The notes under the pieces: model-generated | The model's database searches: none | The model's input: the letters and a program-made list of their open reading frames with translations, nothing else | What the model was told of the DNA's origin: nothing | In this document: one piece after another, positions 49,202 to 62,730 of the stretch | Numbering within the stretch: position 1 is the first letter of the stretch | Layout of the letters: each line of letters starts with the position of its first letter | Origin: Octopus sinensis | Taxonomy: Eukaryota | NCBI RefSeq assembly: GCF_006345805.1 | Contig: NC_043014.1 | Coordinates: 36,084,001-36,148,000 of the forward strand | DNA length: 64,000 bases | Direction of reading: 5' to 3' | Translations under genes and position numbers: made by a program

Positions 49202-52200
49202 GTAAGTATAATACTAATCAATATTCCCGATTGAGACCTTAATGATACTTGATGGAATGTGGTGTTTCCTATACAGACCCAACACCACAAATTATCACTG
49301 AAGGCTCTTAACTTTTGCAATTTCATATTTACTATTATTGGTAGTATTATCATGGCAAAATTTTCAGGGCAATAGATGGAATACCTTTTGCATTTAGTTA
49401 TGGCCCTCTAAATTCTGAATTAAAATGCCACTGTAGTCAACATTGTTTTGTGTCAAGAACTGAAGTCAGTTTAATTGACAGTGCTATCTTCTAAGATTTG
49501 CAGCCTTGAACCTAGTGATGGAAAAAATATCTTGCTTCACTGGTTCTTCCTAGATACATTCTGAGTTCAAATTATGCTGAAGTCACTATATCTTTCTTCT
49601 TTCCGTAGTTGATAAAATAAAGTTCCAGTCGATATGTTGAGTAAATATCAGTATCCTTCTAAACTCTGAACTGTTCATGGTTTCCCTTGTGTTAAAATTA
49701 CAGTTTGTTTCCACAGCACAAGTATTTAACTTTCAAATAGTCTCATTCCTATAAATGCTAATTGGTGCCATCTAAAGGAAAATATTTGTTGCTTGGTTAC
49801 AGGGAATCATTGTAAGTAGCAACAGTATTCTTTATAACTGCTGAATGTTTCACTCATTAGTAGTGTTTAGTTCAAATGTTTTCAGAATAATTTCGTCAGT
49901 GATGAATGATCTAGGATAGACTGGTTTGAGGTTAAAAATGCTGCTTTGGTTATCACAACTATGTAGTTTACAGCAGATGAAGAGCATGAATCTAGCAGGC
50001 AATGAGGTTCAGGCATGGCTATGCAGTTGAGAAGCTTACTTCCCTATCATGTGGTTTGGGGTTCAATACCATTGTACAGCATCTTGGACAAGTGCCTTCT
50101 ACAACAGTCCCAGACTGACCAAAGCCTTATGAATGAATTTGGTTGGCAGAAACTGAAAGAAACCCATTAAATACATGTGTGTGCTTTTGTTTGTGTGTAC
50201 CCTTGTCTTGGACTGATGTGATGATTGCAAATGAGCATCACTCATATAAGCAGTATTATTAGTTTCCAGTCTTCCATGAAAAACGTCTGGCCATAGGGAA
50301 ATATTACTATGCTTGGAAACAGGTTAAATTTGGCAACAGGAAGGACACCACCACTGCCCCACAGTTGTAAACCTGCCTCAACAAATTCTCTCTGTTCCAT
50401 ACCAGCATGGAAAATCAGGCATCAAAATAAAATGACACACAAAACAATTTCTATTTACCAATTTCATTCACAAGGTATTGGTTAACCTGTGGCTTTAGTA
50501 TATGATGCTAAGCAATGGTTTTCACACTGTAAGATTGAACTCCTCACCTTTTGGTTCCTAAGCTAACTTTTTAACCATATCATTTTACATGCTCCTTCCA
50601 TACTGGCGTGGGTTGGATGGTTTGACAGGAGCTGGCAAGTCAGAAGACTCTGCCAAGCTCTACTGTTTGTTTTGGCATGGTTTCTATAGCTGGATGCCCT
50701 TCCTAACACCAACCACTTCACAGAGTATACTGGATGCTTTTTATGTGGCACCAGTTGCAGTGACATTAGCAAATAACAAGCAAGAAAAGCACCCCCTCCA
50801 TTGAGGAATATTGGGGTTGGTGGTTTAGCACCATGTGATGAGAAGTTAGCATATGAACAGAAGATTAGAAATAAATATCTTGCAGCTGGAGAAAGAAGAG
50901 AGAGATAAGATTGTGAAAATAAGACAATGATTGTGCATTGATATGTGTGTGAACCTGTCTCAAGATATTGGGCCTCATGGAGGAAATAGCAACATGATGA
51001 GATATCTGGTGATATGAAGTTCTTAAGGGCAGTGAGCTGGCAGAATCATTAGCACACCGGGCGAGATGCTTTGCAGTATTTCGTCTGCTGTTACGCTCTG
51101 AGTTCAAATTCCACCGAGGTCAACTTTGTCTTTCATCCTTTTGGGGTTGATTAAATAAGTACCAGTTGCGCACTGGGGTTGATGTAATTGTCTTAATCCG
51201 TTTGTCTGTCCTTGTTTGTCCCCTCTATGTTTAGCCCCTTGTGGGCAATAAAGAAATAGATATGAAGTTCTTGAGAGGACTTGCCCACATCAGCGAAACT
51301 GAATTCTAGAAGTACTGTGTTCCAGCCACACTAAACAAAAAAACTTTTCACATGTCCTACTCCAACAAACCAAACTACATCTCTTCTCTTCTCTTCCTCA
51401 CATCTCTTTCATACTCTGTTTATCTCTCAATCCCCTGTCCTCAATCCTGTCCTCTTGGCTTGTTCACTTTATTATTGCTATCCAGGAGCCCCACCATCTA
51501 TATATCCAAGTTTTCACTGCTCACTACATTCCTCTTCTTCACTCTCTACTCGCACTTCTTTGACTATGCCTTGCAACTTATATTATGGCCTCTGTGCCTC
51601 GAAGGCATGCCCTGGTACTCACCACCATCTCACTTTCTCTTCTTTTATTTGACCATCCCATTTATATTCTGACTCCCATTCCTTGTGAGTATGTCCAGCA
51701 TTTTGCTACCATCTCTTTCCTGCTCTTTCTTCTACTTTTGTTGTCTCCCACTCTCTCTCTCTCTCTCTCTCTCCTCCTGCTCATCACTCCTGTTGGGTAA
51801 CTATGTATCTCATTTACAGTAGCACATCTGTTTCTGTCCTCATTTCTCTCTCTCTCTCTCTCTGATCAGATAACCATGTACCTCCCCTATGGCAAGACAC
51901 CTGTTTCAATCTCTCTGTCTCACTCTAACCCAGTGGTTTTCAACCATGGTTCCGCGGAACCTTAAGGTTCTGCCAGTAGAGTCCAGGGGTTCCGCAAGAA
52001 GTTACAAAACTGCTAAAATCAGCAGTAATTTTTAATTCTCCTGTGCAGATATGTGTGCATAAGACTATCAAATTATTGCACAGGGGTTCCTCGAGCCAGT
52101 GGAATGTTTCCTTGGGGTTCCGCTCCAGCAAAAAGTTTGAAAAGCACTGCTCTAACCTTTCATCATCTGACACAAGATCCCCTCCTCTAATTCCCCCTTC

Positions 52201-54319
52201 CCTCTCAAAAAATCTTTGTCTTGCAAGTTACTTGGTGACTCTGCCAGTGCTGGTACCACTTAAAAAGCATCCAGTCCTCACTGTGAAGTGGTTGGCATTT
52301 GGAAGGGCATCCAGCTGTCAAAACCATGCCAGACTGACCTCACCTGTACTTGTGTCATGTACAAAGCACTCAGTCCACTCTGCTGTGGGTGACTCGTGTT
52401 AGGAAGGGCATCTAGCTGTAAAAACCCTGCCAAACCAGACACAGGAGCCTGGTGAAGGCTCCTGTCTGGCCAGCTCCTGTCAAACCATTCATCTCATGCC
52501 AACATGGAAGGCGGATGTTAAACGATGATGATGATATATATTCTCTCTCTCTCTCTCTCTTTTACTCTTTTACTTGTTTCAGTCATTTGACTGCGGCCAT
52601 GCTGGAGCACTGCCTTTAATCGAGCAACTCGACCCCGGGACTTATTCTTTTGTAAGCCCAGTACTTATTCTATTGGTCTCTTTTGCCGAACCGCTAAGTA
52701 ACGGGGACATAAACACACCAGCATCGGTTGTCAAGCAATGCTAGGGGGACAAACACAGATACACAAACACACATATGCATATATATATATACATATATAC
52801 GACGGGCTTCTTTCAGTTTCCATCTACCAAATCGACTCACAAGGCTTTGGTCGGCCCGAGGCTATAGTAGAAGACACTTACCCAAGGTGCCATGCAGTGG
52901 GACTGAACTCGGAACCATGTGGTTGGTAAACAAGCTACTTATACCACACAGCCATTCCTGTGCCTATGGTAGATTCTCCCGTTGAAGACAATATATGAGT
53001 GTTCAGCTTTTGTCGAATGACCTGCACAAATGATTTGTTCATAATGATCAAACGTTTGTGCTGCACATTAACTCACTGTCTCCATCAAATCAATGTTGTC
53101 TGAACAGATGCATTGCGTGTCATGTATCAGGTGTCAAAATGATTGCAAAACAACATGAGATGAAGTGGTTTGCTCAGGATCATAATGCACTACCCGGTCT
53201 AGGAACTGAAACCATGATCACTAGATTGTGAGTGCAACACCTGACCACTAGGCCATATGCCCCCCACCGCAAACACACACACACACACACTCAAAAGAAA
53301 AACAAAGCTGTCTCATCAACTTGCTAAAACACAAGATTAAATACTAGATGTAATTCCTTCAACTGGACTATTTCAATTATCTGTGAAAAGCCTCAAAATT
53401 TGTTATATATATTTACTGCCATTAAAATGAGAGCATTTTCCTTCATCATTATCATCAACAACATCATCATCATCATCGTCATCATATTCATCATTATTAT
53501 CATCATATTCGTCATCATTATCATCACTATCTTAATGTCTGCTCTTCCATGTTTGCCTGTATCAGAAAAATATACATATTTGAAATGTATGTACAAATAT
53601 GTATAATACGTATGACAAGAAGTAAAATTTTCTTCTATTTTAAAGGTGTGCTCATTCTTAAACTTGGACTCTGAACCTTCAGTTAAATTTAATCTTGTGC
53701 CACAGTTTGATATTCTGCATTTAGTAACTGTGGGACTGGAAACCAGTTTGGGAACTTTTGCCTCAGTTAATTTTCAAAGTCTTAGGTTGCTATTATTACT
53801 ATTGATGACATTGATTTTTTTTTTAGAATTTTCTTCATTCTTTAATCTTTAAACAACATAGAGAAGTTGTTTTGAATGTAGTTAAATATTTTGATATTTT
53901 TCAGGTTAAATTTAGATACGTATGGCAAAAATTCTTTCCTATGTTCTACTTTTTACTTTCCTAAGATCATAGAGATCTATACAGTTTGTTTTTTTATTCC
54001 ACTAACAATGAGACTTTGAATTAGAATATTTTTCAATTCTTCAACTCTACACAGAAGTTAGTGTTTGATAGAATTCTTGAAAATGTTTAAATTGTTTCAG
54101 CATCAAAGCTGTGGTCATACTGGAGCACCACTGTAATTGTGCAAATCTTTTTTGCTAAGTTAATCAGATTATTCATTTTTATATTGTTAGAATAGCAGAA
54201 TGTGAAAGGAAGTTACTGTTTTGAATCTGTGGTTTTGTAACAGATATCTGTTTCTGTTCTTCCACACACTTTCATAATTAATGTTTTGAAATGACTGGTT
54301 AAATTTCTGGTTCAATACC

Positions 54320-54560
54320 ATTATAAACAGTTATTGTTGCTTACATTACTTATTAGATTCTTAAATTCTATAAGCTTATTTAGATCTTCCTGCCATAGAA
54401 TTAAACAGTCTTCTAAATATCTTTTCCAATTTCCTTTTAGATGGGTGTAAATTATATTTCTAAATATTTGAGATCTTTCATAAATTATCCTCTCATAGTA
54501 ACTCATAGAATTGGCATATGTGGGGGAAACTTTAGTTCCTGTCACAGACCATGTTATTTG
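54320..54560 (-). mobile_element. Penelope-like RT fragment in ABCC intron 2
   Basis: GTKVSPTYAN..YE...WKRYLEDC.I.W..L..F matches PLE RT motifs B-C. Confidence 0.75.
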
Positions 54561-57009
54561 AGTGTATGCTAAGTCATTTGAATATGAAATGATTGTTTTG
54601 TAATATGAATCTCAAGACCACTTTAAGGTCATCACACTTCAACAAGTTCTGGTCCTTGAGGTGAGTTATCTACCTGAACTCACTCAGAAAATGTTAACAA
54701 GCACTTTCAAGTGCTTAAAGCTGCAGTGTAAGCAATGGCAGGCAATTGAGTAGACACATGCAAATAAATGACAGAGCTGTATTTCTTTTTACTTTTACTA
54801 TTACTTGTTTCAGCCAGTAGCTGTGGTTATGCTGTGCTAGATAATTTTGTATTGTCATAGAAAATTGGGAGGAGAGGGACTATATAATGTTGAAACAACC
54901 ATTTTTATGAAATAGTGTTTGCATGACTTTCTTAAAAATATTAAGATAAGCCTTATTATAATGTCATTTTTTTTTTCTCTTAGTCACTATGATAAAGCTA
55001 CATGTCTCACACACATGCTAATTTACTTAGCCATGGTTTCTTACCTTTCTCTTCTCTATGTGGAAAGGGAGTGAAGACATATGGCCTAATGTTTAGAATA
55101 TAATGCTTATGATTGTAAGATCCAAGTTCTGACTACTCATTTACTTGTTTCAGTCCTTTGACTGTGGCCATGCTGGAGCACTGCCTTTAGTCGAGCAAAT
55201 CGACCCCTGGACTTATTCTTTGTAAGCCTAGTACTTATTTTATCGGTCTCTTTTGCTGAACCGCTAAGTTACGGGGATGTAAACACACCAGCATCGGTTG
55301 TCAAGCAATGTTGGGGGGACAAACACACAAACATATACACACACACACGCACACACACATATATATATATACATATATATATATACATATATATACGACG
55401 GGCTTCTTTCAGTTTCCGTCTACCAAATCCACTCACAAGGCTTTGGTCGACCCGAGGCTAAAGTAGAAGACACTTGCCCAAGGTTCCACGCAGTGGGACT
55501 GAACCCGGAACCATGTGGTTGGTAAACAAGCTACTTACCACACAGCCACTCCTACGCCTAATGGTTAGAATATTATGCTTATGATTGAAAGATCCAAGTT
55601 TTGACCCCCAGTTTTGAGCAGCACATTGTGTTCTTGAGCAAAACACTTCATTTCACATTGCTCCAGTCTATTCAGCTGTTTCTAGTCTATTTCCAGCAAA
55701 AGCTGGGAAGTTAACCCCGTGATGGACTAGCATTTTGTTCGAGGAGAAATGTTGTAATTTCAGTTACTTATATACCACAGAACCTGGGTTAAGTTCCTTC
55801 CTTATGATTCCTAGGGCTCATCACAGGTCTTTCTGGACAAGGGACCAAAGTGTTTTTCATATTTTATTTTCTATTTAATTTAATTTTGTTTTATTATCTT
55901 GGGTGTCTATTTCATGCATTTGTATTTTTGTGAGGTTATCTTTGACTTGCTTCAGTCATTGTGGCTTTGCTGGGGCACTGGCTTGAAGAACTTTTAGCTG
56001 AATGATTCAACCCCTGTACTTAGTTTTTTTAAGTCGGGTACTTATTGTCAGACTGCTAAATTATGGGGGACATAAACACACCATCACCAATTATCAAGTG
56101 GTGGTGGAAAACAAAAACAAAGTCACACACACACATATGAGAGGTTTCTTTCAGTTTCCATCTACCAAATCCACTCACAAATCTTTGGTTGGTCTGAGGC
56201 TGCCATCTATAGAAGACACTTGCTTGAAATGCCACACAGCAGGACTGAACCCAGAAACATAGTGTTGGAAAGCAAGTTTCTTACCACCCAGTCATGCCTT
56301 ACTAAATTTTCAACTCGTCACTACTTTCATTGTATCATATCTTTTGCAAATCCCCTTATATTTAAATAACTTATTCAAGGCACATGTGTTAGTAAGCCCT
56401 CTATTCAACATCTATAATTATAGTGCATCAGTCCTTCCTGGAGAATAAAGGAAGAATAATTATCATTATCATCATTGCCTTCCGGCTATTGTTCTATAAA
56501 TACTTCTATCTTTCTCTCCACTTTCATATCAATTTATCTTTAATCTTATTGTATTACTCTTTTTTAATTTTATCTATAGTTTTAACCTATATTTTTATTG
56601 TTTCTTTCTCAATTTATTTCAACATCATTAGAAACAAAAGTTCAATCCTTCATTATTTATCATTCCCTATATTTACTTTCTGAATTATTTTATATTGATA
56701 TTTATTATTTTTTTTTTTGCTATCTTATTTCATTTTTTTTTTTCCACACAAACTCATCAGGTGCAGGCATAGCTGTGTGGTAAGAAGCTTGCTTCCCAAC
56801 TACATGGTTCAGGGTTCAGTCCCACTGTGTAGCACCCTGGGCAAGTGTTTTCTATTATAACCTTGGGCTGACCAAACCCTTGTGAGTGGTTGTGGTAGAT
56901 AGAAACTGAAAGAAACCTGTATGTATATCTATGTGTGTGTGTCTTTCTGTTGTGTTTGTCCCCCCCACTACCACTTGACAACCAGTGTTGGTGTGTTTGC
57001 ATCCCTGTA

Positions 57010-57179
57010 ACCACACCCTCCAGATGACTTTGGAATCTCCTGCAACTCTTCTAGACAGTCTCCTTGTTTCAGTTGGTAAATGCTGCCGTAATCCTTGCTT
57101 TCAGTTCATCTTTGGAGTTTTGTTGGTCTCTCACTCAACTGCACCCCACACGTAATAATGAAGGGGGTTTCAATATGAG
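57010..57179 (-). repeat. Inverted copy of 59153-59321 (maT-like fragment)
   Basis: About 170 bp with about 6 differences by eye; the first ~80 bp are identical. Confidence 0.9.
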
Positions 57180-57687
57180 AAATTAGATGGTTCGTATGGC
57201 AAAAGCGTTCAATGGAATAAGTACTAGGCTTAAAAAATTACTACTGAGTTGATTCATTGGGCTAAAAATTCAAGGCGGTTCACCAATGTGCCTGCAGTTT
57301 AATTACTGAAACAAATAAAAGAAAGAGAAGCCAGCATTGTTTTCATCAAGTATTATTATTTTATATTTATATTTTTACTATTAACAGTAATAAGCTCTCA
57401 TCTGCAAATGTGTATATTATCAAAGTATGTAATGAATTACTCCAGTCATCGAAATGTTCTCGAATGAAGCAAAATGCCTTTTGTAGGAATCAGTCTTAAT
57501 AAATCACATACATACATACATACACATGTGTCCACACAGACGTCTGTCAATCTGACTGTATATCTATCTATCAATCTGTCTTTCTGTCTCTATAATATAT
57601 ATATATCTGTTTCTCTCTCTATCCCTCTCTCTAGCTCTCTCTCTGTATATGTATATATAAGTACATATGTCTGTGCATATATGTATA

Positions 57688-58445
57688 TACATGGTCTGAT
57701 CAATAAATATTTGGATGGTCTGTTGCTATAGTAATGAATCTAAAGCATGCAGAGTGAAGTTGCTTGGCACAGATTGATCTTGAACTCTGCTGTGCATGCA
57801 CACTAAGTTTTAATCTTCTGGCTCACTCCCGCTGTTTAAAGCAGTGCTTGGAAGGAAGGTGTGTAGCATGTGATTGTCGCATTGACCATGACAGAGAAAG
57901 TTGAGCAGAGAATCTGCATCAAATTTTGCCAAAATCTTAATGATACTTGCTCAGAGCCCTACACAAAGTTTTCAAAATGTTTTCATTGTTATCAACACAA
58001 TCAAGGAGATCTTGTGCAACTGAAACCTGAGTATCTTTTTGGTCAGCTGAAAGCAGTTTTGGCATAAACTCGACAGACACACATCTCATACCCAAATCTA
58101 ACGATAATGGACTGAACTGAACCTTAACCAATCTGCACATCCTCTGATAACTTATGGATGGTGATTTGACAATTTCCCCTTACAGCTGCACATATATCTG
58201 CAATGTTTTTCTCAGTTCTGCTGGTTGCAGGTCTCCTAGAATGTTTGTCAATATCGTCATTTTTTCGGCCATCTTGGAAACGTCTGAACCACTCATACAC
58301 TTGTGTGTGACTTGTACACTCCTCTCCATACACTTTTTGCAACTTTGTGTACACCTCTGCGCAGGTATCACCATGACAACTTTTTCTGTCATGGTCAATA
58401 CGGCAATCATGCTACACACCTTCCTTCAAAGCACTACTGTAAAAA
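57688..58445. mobile_element. Mariner remnant arranged as convergent inverted 5' halves
   Basis: Plus arm: TIR-like TACATGGTCTGATCAATAA and MTEKVEQRICIKFC. Minus arm: YGEEC.S..QVYEWFRRFQDGR..RPATS and MPKLLS.DQK. Confidence 0.8.
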
Positions 58446-58664
58446 GCACGTGTGTCTGTGTTTGTTCCCCAATACCACTTGACAACTGGTGTTTGTGTGT
58501 TTATGTACCCGTAAATTAGTGGTTTGACAAAAGAGACTAAGAAAATAAGTACTACACTTAACACAAAATAAGTACTGGGTCAATTCATAATACTAAAATA
58601 GCAGTGCCTGGGCATGGTTGCAATCTAATGACTGAAATAAATAAAAGAAAACAGAGAAAAGATA

Positions 58665-59468
58665 TACCAGGTGCAATGGGTAAATTGTCACCATTTTATA
58701 TTTTTAATTTCATGCACATGCTTTGTTTGTTTTAGATTTTGTTGACTACACAGTATAGTAGGGTCAGTTGGGCACCACTTTTGAGAAAAACAGTAACACA
58801 ATGCAATTCACCCTGCCAGAGACTTGGAAATGACATGCCGTACTGCTTGGCATTCGTACTTGAAGCTCCAATTTAAACATTTCAGAGTGTGTAGGTGTCA
58901 GTCTGAGGATATGTACTGAGAGTGATAAAAATCAACATCTAGTCAATATTTGGAGTGATTACTAGAGATGGCAATGTTATGCCTCCATTCATCTTCCCAC
59001 ATGGCCTCGCATGCCTGTAGAAGGTAGGTTGCTGGAAGACCCTATGTCTGGCAACAGGACTCTGCACCACGATACACAAGCTGGAGATCCCAGTGATGGC
59101 TGTTACACAATTTCTGTGATCACATCACCACTAACAGCTAGCCATGTAACTCCTCATATTGAAACCCCCTTCATTATTACGTGTGGGGTGCAGTTGAGTG
59201 AGAGACCAACAAAACTCCAAAGATGAACTGAAGGCAAGGATTACGGCAGCATTCACTAACTGAAACAAGGAGACTGTCTGATGAGTTACAGGAGATTCCA
59301 AAGTCATCTGGAGGGTGTGGTTGAAGCCAATGACAGTTTTATTGAATAAATTTACTCTTTAGTATTTCAAGATATTTTTATGTAATTTTGGCAAATATGT
59401 CTGCTAAAATGAGTTGCCAGTGTTATCTTTGTGTAATTTAGATGACAATTCATTCACCACATCCTGTA
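58665..59468 (+). mobile_element. Internally deleted Tc1/mariner-superfamily (maT/DD37D-like) element
   Basis: Ends TACCAGGTG..AATTGTCACC / GATGACAATT..CCTGTA; DGNVMPPFIFPHG, PYVWQQDSAP and YYVWG.VE...DELKARI remnants. Confidence 0.7.
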
Positions 59469-59477
59469 TACATGCGT

Positions 59478-59536
<59 letters not shown>

Positions 59537-59569
59537 TTCTTTCATGATTTCTCTTTTGTGTTTTTTCAG

Positions 59570-59689
59570 GTTCTTTGTGTGGTTCTAAGTATCATTGGTA
59601 TTATGAACATAATTGCAGTTGCCAACTCTAATCCGGAAAGCAGCAACCCAGCTCTATATTTATCATTTCTTCTACCAGCTTTAAATTAT
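59570..59689 (+). CDS. ABCC1: ABCC/MRP1-like exon 3 (VLCVVLSIIGIMNIIAVANSNPESSNPALYLSFLLPALNY)
   Basis: ttttttcAG acceptor (59568-69), 40 codons with hydrophobic TM segments. gtatgt at 59690 is the only nearby GT that keeps frame with exon 4. Confidence 0.85.
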
Positions 59690-59885
59690 GTATGTATGTC
59701 TTATATGCAATCTTTAATCTAGTTAACATTTAGAATCTCTTATATAGGCATCAGAGAAAGGGCTTGTTTCCAGTCTTTCAAGGAAAACATGTCTGGCCAT
59801 GGGGAAATATTGCCTTGTCAGGAAATGGGTGAGGGTTGATGGCAAGAAGGATATCCAGCTGTTGAAAACTTGCCCCAGAAAATTT

Positions 59886-60307
59886 GGATCTTTTCAGTTT
59901 GAACGGCAGTATTTTAAAATAATTTCCACATAACTAAACATTTTTAAACTTCGTATACTGGTAGAATGTGTTTATAAAACATCTTTTTCTCTTGGCTTTA
60001 TTGAGAAAATTCTATATTTTGTAAGATATTTGTTGGTTTTTTTTCTTCAATTTCTGCAATTTCAACCAATCAATGACGTCTCTTGAGGTGAAAACATTCT
60101 GTGTCGTATGAATATGCCCCTCGTTTAAGAAACAGATTGGGTTTATTTACATTTGTGAAGAAAAAAAAGATACCCTTTCCCAAACCCTAACTAACCCTAA
60201 CCATAAAACAGATTGAAATGCAATAGATCGATACTAGGGTCGTAATTATGGGTGACAATTTCATATGATACCGCTAGAAAAAACTGCCGTTCAAACCGAA
60301 AAGATCT
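59886..60307. mobile_element. Second copy of the same MITE, in ABCC intron 3
   Basis: Near-identical to 38044-38461; perfect TSD GAAAATTT at 59878-85 and 60308-15. Confidence 0.9.
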
Positions 60308-60538
60308 GAAAATTTTGTGTGACCCATGCAAGCATTGGAAAGTGAACACTACACAATGATGATATAATTATCATACATGCACACACACACACACACAAAT
60401 GATGATTCCTAGGTGTACAAATATCTTGGTGTCTGCTATTTATGTAAACTGGGTTTTGGTGTGAGTTAGCTGATAGACCAATCTTTTTGTTAGACTAACT
60501 AGAAACCCTGTACTGACATTGATATTTTGTCTTTTCAG

Positions 60539-60667
60539 CTTCTTGTTGCCATTGTTTCCGTATATGAAAGGAAAAAAGGAATATGGTCCTCGTATCCTAT
60601 CTTCTTTTTCTGGTTGTTGCAACTTTTAGTTGGCATCATTCCATTTTACACAAAGATTATATTAAAG
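60539..60667 (+). CDS. ABCC1: ABCC/MRP1-like exon 4 (LLVAIVSVYERKKGIWSSYPIFFFWLLQLLVGIIPFYTKIILK)
   Basis: cttttcAG acceptor, 43 codons, GT at 60668. ERKKGIWSS..F.FW matches MRP1 ERRKGVQSSG..LTFW. Confidence 0.93.
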
Positions 60668-60860
60668 GTTTGTAATAATTAATCACTTTTCATTTACTTT
60701 CTTTCTCATACTCTCCTTTCCTTTCTGTTTCTGCTTCAATCTCTTTCTTTCTCTGCATTATATACATTCATACTAATAAACAAACATATATTTGCTAATG
60801 CTACAGTGAATCGCATCTCCACTTGATGTATAACCAAGGATTACTGGGTACATCAGGTAG

Positions 60861-60945
<85 letters not shown>

Positions 60946-61134
60946 AAGAGGAATGGAGTACACAATTCATTTTATTATTTTATTGCAATTATTCTACAAT
61001 TGTTTCATCACTGATTTGCAAGAGGTATATTGCTAGAGTATTATTATTTATTACATGAAATAATACATTGAATTAGTAGTATTCAGATATATCATCAGTG
61101 AAGTGACGTATGACCTGGTAGCATGTACTGTGCC

Positions 61135-62354
61135 TTAATTAATTGTTTGCGGTACCTATGTTGGTGTGAGCAGACATAGACACACTTTCACATTCTTGTA
61201 TTCACCCTTGTTGTTTACAACTTCTTCCCAACGTTCAACAAGATTTTCAATATCTCGTTGGCAGAAATACCTGCTTTTGAATAAAAAAATTGATCCAACC
61301 AAGCTCTCAATTCTGCATCAGTATTGAACGAAACTTGGTGCATAGCATTTGAAAGAGATCGAAAGAGGTGGGAATCCATTGGTGCCAAATCAGGAGAGTA
61401 CCACTGTTAACTGTTTACACTTCCCAGCCATGCATTTGAATGGCTTCCTTGGTCATATTGGTGATATGAGGTCGGGCATTGTCGTGCAGCAGAACTCCAT
61501 GCTGACGATTAGGTCTTTCCTCTTGAATAGCCGTGTTGAGTCATTCCATCTGTTGAACATAGTTCTGCGTTGACTGTTTAGTTCCATTCAAGCAATTTGT
61601 AATGGATAATCCCTTCCTAGTCCCATCATACGCACAACATCGTTTTATGCAGATGAAGCTCTTGTTTCACATGCGGTGTTGCTGGTTTACCAGCGTTAAG
61701 CCATTACTTATGCTGCTTCATATTGATGTACAGGCTCCATTTTTCATCGCCAGTAATGATTCGGTAAAGAAATCGTTGCCTGTGTCCATGAGTTGAGTGG
61801 TGACAAGCAAGCAAACCAACGGAGATTGTGGCTTGTTGATTTTTGCTGTTGTCACTTAAAGCATGTAGAACCCATGCTCCATACTTCTGAGCCTTTCCCA
61901 TCAAGTGAAGATGCTTCTCTATAGCAGTGTGGGAGCATTCCATATTCTCTGCTAGTTCCCTTGTCGTTTGACAAGAATTTTCTTGCAAAAGTTGGTTTAA
62001 TTGCTCTTCATCGAACTCAACTAGACTGCCAGAATGAGGTGCATCTTTGAGATAAAAATTTCCATTTTTGAACTTGGCATACCAATCACGAGTGGTTCTT
62101 TCAGCTATGGCTCCCTCTCCATACACAGCACAAATGTCACGAGCAGCTTTTGCAGCCTTAGAACCTTGGTTAAAAGCAAATAAAAAAAAATGATCTGAAA
62201 ATAAACAAAAGCTAACTAAAATTAACTAGAAAAAAGGAAAATAGATTCCAAAATGATTCAAAAGTAGAATTCTTGAAAAAAATAGATTCCAAAATTTAAA
62301 AACACAATAAATCCAAAATTTAAAAAAGTGGCGGGAACTTAGTTGCCAATAGTA
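61135..62354 (-). mobile_element. Degenerate mariner transposon in ABCC intron 4
   Basis: YGEGAI..RT..WYAKFKNG, GAWV.H.L, TGDEKW, LHDNARPH, YSPDLAP and L..RWE.V..NKGEY motifs. TIR-like end GCGGGAACTTAGTTGCCAATAGTA; the left end is approximate. Confidence 0.9.
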
Positions 62355-62622
62355 CAGTAGTGAAGTGTATCTCCCTATATAAAAACGACTCTACCTCAGT
62401 ATTATGTCCATTTACTGTTGGTTGAGCTAAGTCATTGAGAGATAGAACTTAGCAATTGCTAACAAAATGCCAATTACTGGTCTATCCGCAGGTTGACCAA
62501 CATCTCATGAAATTTGTTAATAGTTGTACTTCTATGTGTATGCACTGTTACTTTATTGTGTTATATCTGAAGTTGCCTACTCCTTCATTTTATCCTCTTC
62601 TTCCAATTCTTTTTCTTTATAG

Positions 62623-62730
62623 GAGCAGGAAGACAATCTCACAATTTTTGTTCTTTTCTACATCTCATATGGTTTAAACCTCTTACAATTGCTACTCATT
62701 TCATGGTCAGGGCCCACTGATCGCCCACAG
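62623..62730 (+). CDS. ABCC1: ABCC/MRP1-like exon 5 (EQEDNLTIFVLFYISYGLNLLQLLLISWSGPTDRPQ); gene continues beyond the window
   Basis: Long pyrimidine tract + tAG (62621-22), 36 codons, cag|gtaagt at 62731. FY...L..LQL.L matches MRP1 TM5. The expected next exon (NPCPE-like) is not seen before 64000. Confidence 0.9.
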
